Source: a candidate division CSSED10-310 bacterium
GTDB lineage: Bacteria; CSSED10-310
Length of the DNA stretch: 64,000 bases
Assembly: GCA_016931515.1 (NCBI GenBank)
Contig: JAFGEQ010000006.1
Coordinates: forward strand, 24,649-88,648
Direction: 5' to 3'
This document shows positions 57,845 to 64,000 of this stretch, one piece after another. Position 1 is the stretch's first letter; each line of letters opens with the position of its first letter. The position numbers and the translations under genes are program-made. The notes beneath the pieces were generated by a model, which saw only the letters and a list, made by a program, of their open reading frames with translations, searched no databases and was not told where the DNA came from.

Positions 57845-60800
57845 CGGTCGATTCAAACTGCAGATTTTTAAGACTTCTTGCAGCATCAATAGCGCATGTT
57901 ATTGCTGCAATTGTTCTGTTTTTGACTCTGAAAGTTATTAATCTATCACAGATTACTTCTACGTCTTTATGGGCTCACATGCTGACATGGCGCTACCCTC
58001 TACTCCTGGCAACATCTTCCATTCTGATTCTTTTCGTGAGTCGAAACTTAACCCGGGACCGACGGAATCTTATCATCAGGTTTGATACGGGTGTTTATGC
58101 ATTGACGCCAGTGGTTGTGATTCTGCATTCTATGGCTCCCTATAGCGGCGATCCGCAACTACTTTTCGGAAGTCTTTATGGGGGAGTTTTCATCTTAAAG
58201 TCCGTATTGATCGGTATCACGCTGCTGATTTCACAGCGCAAACGCCCCGTCACAGCCTCAATGTTATTCCTGATCATGTTATGGTTCTTCGGATTTGTCG
58301 GACTCTGGTATGGTCCCGTCCATCACATTCATGGCGATGAACCTCATTACCTACTGATGACTCACAGTATTGTTCATGATGGTGATCTTAATCTGATCAA
58401 CCAGTATCAGGAAAAAACGTATCTTACCTATCGATTGGATGAACTTCAGCCCAAAATATCAGATATCAAGGAACCAACGAAAATTTACTCAAGAGGACTT
58501 GGTGCTACCTTTCCGATGCTTCTGGCACCGGCATATGCATTGGGAGGCCTGCCCGGCACCCAGTTCTTCATAATTCTCTGCTCTACATTGCTTATCGTAC
58601 AGCTTTATCTGTTGTTGATGAGATGTGTACCGGATTCGCAACTCGCCCTGCTATCTGTTTTACTCATTGCAACAAGCAATCCTGTCTTGACTTACTCTTC
58701 CCTGATCTACCCGGATATTCCGGCCGCCTTATGCATCGTCATCGCTCTAAGAGTTCTGCAGACCCACCCGTTATCACAGGCCGGCAGATCGGTTCCGACT
58801 TGGATTTTTCTTCTTTCGGCAGCCTTGTTATTCCTTAAATTCAGGTATTTTATTCCTGTCATCCTTCTAATGATTCCAGTTCTAAATCGCGAATGCCGAA
58901 AAATGCGAAATGGTATCTCTCTCCTGATTGCACTTCTGTTGCTTGCGGGAACATATGTTATCGGAGATAGATGGTTCTTGGACGGCGACCTTTTTTCCAA
59001 CCGATTCGGCGGCATTGCTCAAATAAAAAATTATCTGCCGGGGATGCAGAGTCTGAAGGTTCTGCCGGGGTTACTGCTTGATCAAGAGAGTGGATTTATG
59101 TTCCACGCGCCGCTGTATTTTTTAATAATAGCCGGTATATCGCTATACAGGGGTCCGCGAAACAGCCTTTACTGGTTCAGTGTTCTTGGAATTCCGATGA
59201 CTGCAATTTCCCTGTTCGGTCACTTCGCTTGGCACTGCCTGCCAACTCCTCCCTTGCGGTATATGCTTCCCGTTCTTCCACCCACGGCTTTCCTTCTGGC
59301 GTCAGCATTGAAGAACTGGAAAAATCGCAGTTTTGTTTTCCGCACACTGTCCGCTGCATGCATTGTTTCATCATGGCTGACAGCCGGTATCCATTTCATA
59401 ATGCCGGATTGGCAGAATAATCTCGCCGATGGATCAGCCCGGTTTCTTGAAGCGCTGGCCACTGCCATCCGAATACCAGTTCCTCTTTTTTTCCCGTCCG
59501 CCATCCGACCCGGAACAGCATTATGGGTCTGGTTGATACTGATGATACCCTGCCTGATTATTCTGACCGCTCCTTTTGCACGGGATGCCCGGAAGAGTCC
59601 AGGTTATTTTCAGCCGTCGGTTATGATCACGATTCTTCTGGGAGTAGCAGTCATTTATTGCGGCACGATGAGTCATGCGGTTGTCAGGACGTACCATCCT
59701 GAAGACAGATGGTGGAATCAGCCCGATGGCGGCACTTATTTTCCGGAGAACCGTGATCCGTTCTTCCACCAGGAAATCTCTTACGGATGGCAACTCCGCT
59801 CCGGTGAATCATTGAGAATTCCACTTCGAATCAAGGATACCAGAGCGACAGGGATTATTCGATGTCGACTCATTGATTCGTGGAGACCTCATCAGTTAAC
59901 GATTAAACTGTCGGATCAATCGACCGAAAGAATCAATGTTACTTCGAAACACTGGACAGAATACGCTTTTAAGATTCCTCCGGACGCGCATTTGAATACC
60001 ATCGATATTGCTTCAATCGGGAAGGGCGAACATGCTGTTGCCATTGATTCGGTCACAATCGTCAAGCGGTCGGACGCGCTCTTCTCCCTATGGAACAATT
60101 TAGCTGCACTCAGCCGCAGGGCTAAATGTCATCGATTCACCATGGCTTGTGACTACAGATCGATGCTGGTCGCTGATGGGGACCCCTGGTACGAAGTGGC
60201 ATCACGATTCCGACCCGGGGCTAGGCCGAGGGTATCTCGCGCAGCGGAAGCGGATCCATTGCCACCGGGTTTTTTGAATCAGATCTTTCAGGATGCGGTG
60301 AATGCCGGTTGGGACTCTGCATCTCATATTGAAAAGCTGTTCCAATTCTCTTTTTGCAGCGAGCTTCAAGGAGAGTCACTTCGCGACTACGCAATAAACG
60401 GTTTACTGACGGCACATCAACCGGCTGTTTTTCTATTAATCACACTGGCTGAAAAATACCCTGACGATGAAACAATTCAGTTTTATCTACCGATCGCGTA
60501 TTACTTGCGGGGAAACACCTACAAAGCGGTAGACATGCTGGATACTTTGTTAATTACGGGAAAATATTATCCGATGCAACTGACAAAACCCGCCTCTCAT
60601 CTAGAAGTATCGAATCCATTGTATTCCCTCTTTAGCGATCTGGAAAACGATCCTGAATATATAGAGATCGCTCGGATGGTAAATAACCGTCATTTGGCTA
60701 AAAGTATTCAGTGCTATCATAATGGGGCTATTCGAGAAGCAGCGCTTTACTTTGACGACTACTATCTTTCGGATTTTGGTATTTTCATGGAAAGTGTTCC

Positions 60801-61167
60801 GGACATTTCACAGGAATATATTTCCACCGTGTTCGGATATGCATCGCGTATTCATACAATCCATGTGCGGCAATTGGTAGAAGAGGCTCTTGAAGCTCAC
60901 CACCCGAAGATCGCCTATGCAGCGGCCACATATGGATTACGCATGAAACCCAAAGATCCGGAACTTCGTTTTGGCGAGGCAAGGGCGTTGTTCCATGAGA
61001 GAGATTTTATTCAAGCCCGGCAGATATGCCTTGAAAATTCAAGTTTGTATCTGGATGATGATCGTTCAAGGTGGTTGCTGGAACAGATCATGATACACAT
61101 GAAACAAGAGGGCGATCGACTGGGAGGGAAAAGCGATAGCAAGCCGGGAAGCAGAGTCATTTCATAA
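57841..61167 (+). CDS. giant GT-C-fold membrane protein, paralog of the preceding gene, with C-terminal TPR-like helical domain
   Basis: Loop motif GDEPHYLLMTHSIVHDGDLNLINQY approx 58333-58410, clearly paralogous to upstream gene; ATGA overlap. Confidence 0.5.
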   Translation: MTVDSNCRFLRLLAASIAHVIAAIVLFLTLKVINLSQITSTSLWAHMLTWRYPLLLATSSILILFVSRNLTRDRRNLIIRFDTGVYALTPVVVILHSMAPYSGDPQLLFGSLYGGVFILKSVLIGITLLISQRKRPVTASMLFLIMLWFFGFVGLWYGPVHHIHGDEPHYLLMTHSIVHDGDLNLINQYQEKTYLTYRLDELQPKISDIKEPTKIYSRGLGATFPMLLAPAYALGGLPGTQFFIILCSTLLIVQLYLLLMRCVPDSQLALLSVLLIATSNPVLTYSSLIYPDIPAALCIVIALRVLQTHPLSQAGRSVPTWIFLLSAALLFLKFRYFIPVILLMIPVLNRECRKMRNGISLLIALLLLAGTYVIGDRWFLDGDLFSNRFGGIAQIKNYLPGMQSLKVLPGLLLDQESGFMFHAPLYFLIIAGISLYRGPRNSLYWFSVLGIPMTAISLFGHFAWHCLPTPPLRYMLPVLPPTAFLLASALKNWKNRSFVFRTLSAACIVSSWLTAGIHFIMPDWQNNLADGSARFLEALATAIRIPVPLFFPSAIRPGTALWVWLILMIPCLIILTAPFARDARKSPGYFQPSVMITILLGVAVIYCGTMSHAVVRTYHPEDRWWNQPDGGTYFPENRDPFFHQEISYGWQLRSGESLRIPLRIKDTRATGIIRCRLIDSWRPHQLTIKLSDQSTERINVTSKHWTEYAFKIPPDAHLNTIDIASIGKGEHAVAIDSVTIVKRSDALFSLWNNLAALSRRAKCHRFTMACDYRSMLVADGDPWYEVASRFRPGARPRVSRAAEADPLPPGFLNQIFQDAVNAGWDSASHIEKLFQFSFCSELQGESLRDYAINGLLTAHQPAVFLLITLAEKYPDDETIQFYLPIAYYLRGNTYKAVDMLDTLLITGKYYPMQLTKPASHLEVSNPLYSLFSDLENDPEYIEIARMVNNRHLAKSIQCYHNGAIREAALYFDDYYLSDFGIFMESVPDISQEYISTVFGYASRIHTIHVRQLVEEALEAHHPKIAYAAATYGLRMKPKDPELRFGEARALFHERDFIQARQICLENSSLYLDDDRSRWLLEQIMIHMKQEGDRLGGKSDSKPGSRVIS

Positions 61168-61187
61168 CACACTGATGGATCGGGAAG

Positions 61188-62822
61188 ATGGATTATTTTG
61201 AGCTGAAAAAATCTGTTGAGTGCCTTCATAGTATATTAACCGGCGCACATCTGATGAATGTATTTCAGCCTGAAACCCGATGTATGAATTTTATAATCAG
61301 GACACGGTTCAAGACCTCAGGGGATCGAATTCTGCAATGTGAATGCATGAATCAGAAAGCCGGTATATTCCTGCTTGAAGACACGCGTCAAGGTGACCAG
61401 GCTGCTACACTATTGGCTCGTTCCTTCCGGAAAAAAATGGTTGGCGCCACTATCCAGTCGATCGAGATGCCTTTTCCTGACCGGGTAGTCATGATCCGGT
61501 TTTCGTTAGCGGAATGGAGAAATGATAGAGAATTATGGATTGAGCTATATGGATCCAGAAGCAACATCACATTGGTTGATACATCCTCGCGCGTTATTCT
61601 CGATTGCCTGAGTAAATTTCCTGAAAACACACAGAAACACCCTCTGCGCATGCCGGGGCGACTGTTCGTGAGCGCATGGGAACACTCCGGACACCGGGTG
61701 CAGCCATTACAGGATTTGGTGCGTGTTCCAGATTTGTGGCCGAATGATCCCCAAACAGAAACCGTTGCTGCCAGGCTTAGATCCGGATTCGCTCCAATGA
61801 CGCCTGAATTAAGCAGAACTTTAGCCGGCATCAAGATAGCAGAAGGAACAGGTGCCGCGATAAATCACCTCCGTACCTTCTTCAATGGGATCGAAACACT
61901 TTTTTGTTCAAATCACGATGATGCAATAAAATATTTGATATCTTTAAGTCATCGACAATCTGATCACAATGCGGAAGAACGTCTGGCAAAGAACGTTAAC
62001 CGGCTTGCGAAAATAATCTCCACAGCGCAGCGCAATTGCGAAAAGAAAATAAATGCGCTGGAAATGGATCTGTCGCACATTCCCGATCCGACCACGCTTC
62101 GCAGAAGAGCCGATTTACTCGCTATCAATTTTCATTGTCTTCGTACCGGGATGGGACAAGTGGAGGTCGATGATATTTACGATTATCCTGTTTGTAAGTT
62201 AACGATTGAACTGGATCCGGAGAAGAATCCGAGTGATAATTTAAAGCTCTTGTTCAGGAAGGCTGCGAAAGCGGAACGTGCGGGGCCTCGTATTAAAGAG
62301 CGGTTGGCGATTTTGCGCAAAGAATGGACCTCTTTAGATTCATTGCTGGAAAAAATAAAAGCAATCGGATCACCGGATGAGTGCCGGGAGGTCGAAAAAC
62401 AGTTGAGGGCAACCGGTTTTTCACTGGAGCAATCGTTTCATAATCAACGGGATATCATGCTCACCGGCAAACCTTTCCTTCGCTTCACGTCACCGGACGG
62501 GTGGAGGGTCCTGGTCGGACGTAATGCCAGGGAGAACGATCTGTTGAGTTTTAAAGAATCGACACCGGAAGATTTTTGGCTTCATGCGCAGGGATATCAT
62601 GGGGCACATGTAATTATCCGCAATCCAGGAAAACAGGATATACTCCCGAGTAGAACGGTAGAGTTTGCTGCATCTCTTGCCGTACGTTTTTCCGGGGCAA
62701 GAGGAGAGAAAGCTGTGACTGTCATATGCACAAAGAGGAAATATGTCCGGCGAGTACCCGGAAACCGGCCGGGCCTTGTCAGGGTGACACGGCATGAAAC
62801 TGTGATGATCGACTCCGTTTGA
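61188..62822 (+). CDS. NFACT-family protein (RqcH/FbpA-like ribosome quality control / fibronectin-binding homolog)
   Basis: C-terminal NFACT-R/DUF814-like motif FWLHAQGYHGAHVIIRN; 544 aa. Confidence 0.55.
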   Translation: MDYFELKKSVECLHSILTGAHLMNVFQPETRCMNFIIRTRFKTSGDRILQCECMNQKAGIFLLEDTRQGDQAATLLARSFRKKMVGATIQSIEMPFPDRVVMIRFSLAEWRNDRELWIELYGSRSNITLVDTSSRVILDCLSKFPENTQKHPLRMPGRLFVSAWEHSGHRVQPLQDLVRVPDLWPNDPQTETVAARLRSGFAPMTPELSRTLAGIKIAEGTGAAINHLRTFFNGIETLFCSNHDDAIKYLISLSHRQSDHNAEERLAKNVNRLAKIISTAQRNCEKKINALEMDLSHIPDPTTLRRRADLLAINFHCLRTGMGQVEVDDIYDYPVCKLTIELDPEKNPSDNLKLLFRKAAKAERAGPRIKERLAILRKEWTSLDSLLEKIKAIGSPDECREVEKQLRATGFSLEQSFHNQRDIMLTGKPFLRFTSPDGWRVLVGRNARENDLLSFKESTPEDFWLHAQGYHGAHVIIRNPGKQDILPSRTVEFAASLAVRFSGARGEKAVTVICTKRKYVRRVPGNRPGLVRVTRHETVMIDSV

Positions 62823-62973
62823 TCTCCCGAGGAAATTTCATCGGAATGGAGTGTCTTTCTGATTTGCATTGCTCGGTGTTTTTTGTAATTATCGTTGACC
62901 GGTTATTGATCAGTTTCAAGCCTGGAAACAAAGTGTAAATAGCGAAATTCAACCGCAGGAAAGGGGCACAGAT

Positions 62974-64000
62974 ATGAAGATAGCAGTGATTGGTACGGGT
63001 TATGTTGGTTTGGTCTCTGGAGTTTGTTTTGCGGAGTGTGGGCACGATGTGATTTGCGTCGATAACAATCAACGGAAAATTGACAATCTGAAAAGTGGGA
63101 AAATCCCGATATTTGAGCCTGGATTGGATCAACTCGTCATAAAGAATTCCAATGAAAAACGGCTTCATTTTACAACTCAGATACCTGAGGCCGTACGGAT
63201 ATGTGACGTTATATTTATCGCTGTTGGAACGCCGCCCTTGCCTACAGGTGAAGCGGATCTGTCCTATATTGAAAATGTTGCTCGGCAGGTGGCTCAAGCC
63301 ATGACCGAATATAAAGTTATCGTGGAGAAGAGCACCGTTCCGGTAAAAACCGGCGAATGGGTCAAAAGAACAATTCGATTCAATTGTAAGAGTGGTGTTG
63401 AGTTTGATGTGGCATCAAATCCCGAGTTTCTTCGGGAGGGGTCTGCCATCGGTGATTTCCTGAAGCCGGACAGGATCGTTGTTGGCGTGGAATCTGAACG
63501 CGCTGCCGATCTGCTACGGGGTTGTTACCAGCCGATTATCGAACAATCGGTTTCATTTGATCTGGACAAGCAGGAAGTTATCCATCAACCCGCACAAGGA
63601 AACAGGGTGCCTTTTCTGGTTACTAACGTGAGTTCATCGGAACTGATCAAGCACGCATCAAATTCATTTCTTGCTTTAAAAATTTCGTACATCAACGCAG
63701 TTGCAAATTTCTGCGAACTTGCCGGTGCTGATGTCGAACAGGTTGCACGAGGAATGGGATTGGACAGCCGAATCGGTTCGAAATTTCTGGATGCAGGTGT
63801 AGGGTATGGCGGATCGTGTTTTCCAAAGGATGTCAGTGCATTTTTGGAGATATCCCGGGAACTGGGTTATGAGTTCGATCTTTTGGAGGAGGTCATCCGG
63901 ATCAATAAACTGCAGCGGGAGCTGTTTGTTCGCAAAGTCAAAAAAGCGATGTGGATCGTTAAGGATAAAACATTTGCTGTTCTTGGATTGTCTTTTAAAC
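62974..64000 (+). CDS. ugd: UDP-glucose 6-dehydrogenase (nucleotide-sugar dehydrogenase), 3'-truncated by window edge
   Basis: MKIAVIGTGYVGLVSGVCFAECGHDV Rossmann N-terminus, catalytic region GYGGSCFPKD; frame open to window end; not in ORF track because no stop. Confidence 0.8.
   Translation, partial: MKIAVIGTGYVGLVSGVCFAECGHDVICVDNNQRKIDNLKSGKIPIFEPGLDQLVIKNSNEKRLHFTTQIPEAVRICDVIFIAVGTPPLPTGEADLSYIENVARQVAQAMTEYKVIVEKSTVPVKTGEWVKRTIRFNCKSGVEFDVASNPEFLREGSAIGDFLKPDRIVVGVESERAADLLRGCYQPIIEQSVSFDLDKQEVIHQPAQGNRVPFLVTNVSSSELIKHASNSFLALKISYINAVANFCELAGADVEQVARGMGLDSRIGSKFLDAGVGYGGSCFPKDVSAFLEISRELGYEFDLLEEVIRINKLQRELFVRKVKKAMWIVKDKTFAVLGLSFK

Noticed and set aside
1-64000. Scan for tRNA/rRNA, CRISPR repeats, IS elements, integrases, toxin-antitoxin or restriction-modification genes
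   Set aside because: No T-loop-containing cloverleaf candidates in intergenic regions, no repeat-spacer periodicity, no transposase/integrase/RM motifs among the ORFs; by-eye only, so small ncRNAs could be missed.

Overview
This ~64 kb window reads as a bacterial chromosomal segment with about 50 protein-coding genes; I found no rRNA, tRNA, CRISPR array, transposase or integrase. All calls come from reading the sequence and the supplied ORF track by eye; no HMM or database search was run, and the lineage cannot be assigned (possibly an uncultivated bacterium). AGGAGG-type ribosome-binding sites, GTG/TTG starts and 4-bp ATGA start/stop overlaps are frequent. Housekeeping backbone: cyclophilin, infA, PaaI thioesterase, a DUF4390-like/NtrY-like/NtrX-like sigma54 two-component module running directly into pyrR-pyrB-pyrC, a GlnE-like nucleotidyltransferase, fabG, yceD-rpmF-plsX-fabD-acpP, tsaE-tsaD, comEA-ssb, uvrD, a ribF-rpiB-dCMP deaminase-nrdR string, DegT aminotransferase, queH, hisC-like, pmbA/tldD, H+-pyrophosphatase, GT4 glycosyltransferase, rel, IMPase, RqcH-like and a 3'-truncated UDP-glucose dehydrogenase. 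Stretches that look accessory or unusual: (1) two tandem type IV prepilin-like genes, the second a ~935-aa giant pilin with adhesin-like motifs and Pro/Thr linkers; (2) a minus-strand operon of three secreted proteins (BNR-repeat, ComEA-HhH fusion, 1160-aa Ig-like/lamin-tail lipoprotein), two of which share a C-terminal motif; (3) a textbook sigma54 -24/-12 element upstream of comEA-ssb, near a giant sigma54 activator paired with a PP2C phosphatase; (4) an H+-PPase with an N-terminal lipoprotein signal plus PKD domain; (5) three GT-C-like polytopic membrane proteins, two giant tandem paralogs translationally coupled to rel-suhB. None is a recognisable defence system; the surface/glycosylation and pilin modules are the best candidates for undescribed biology.
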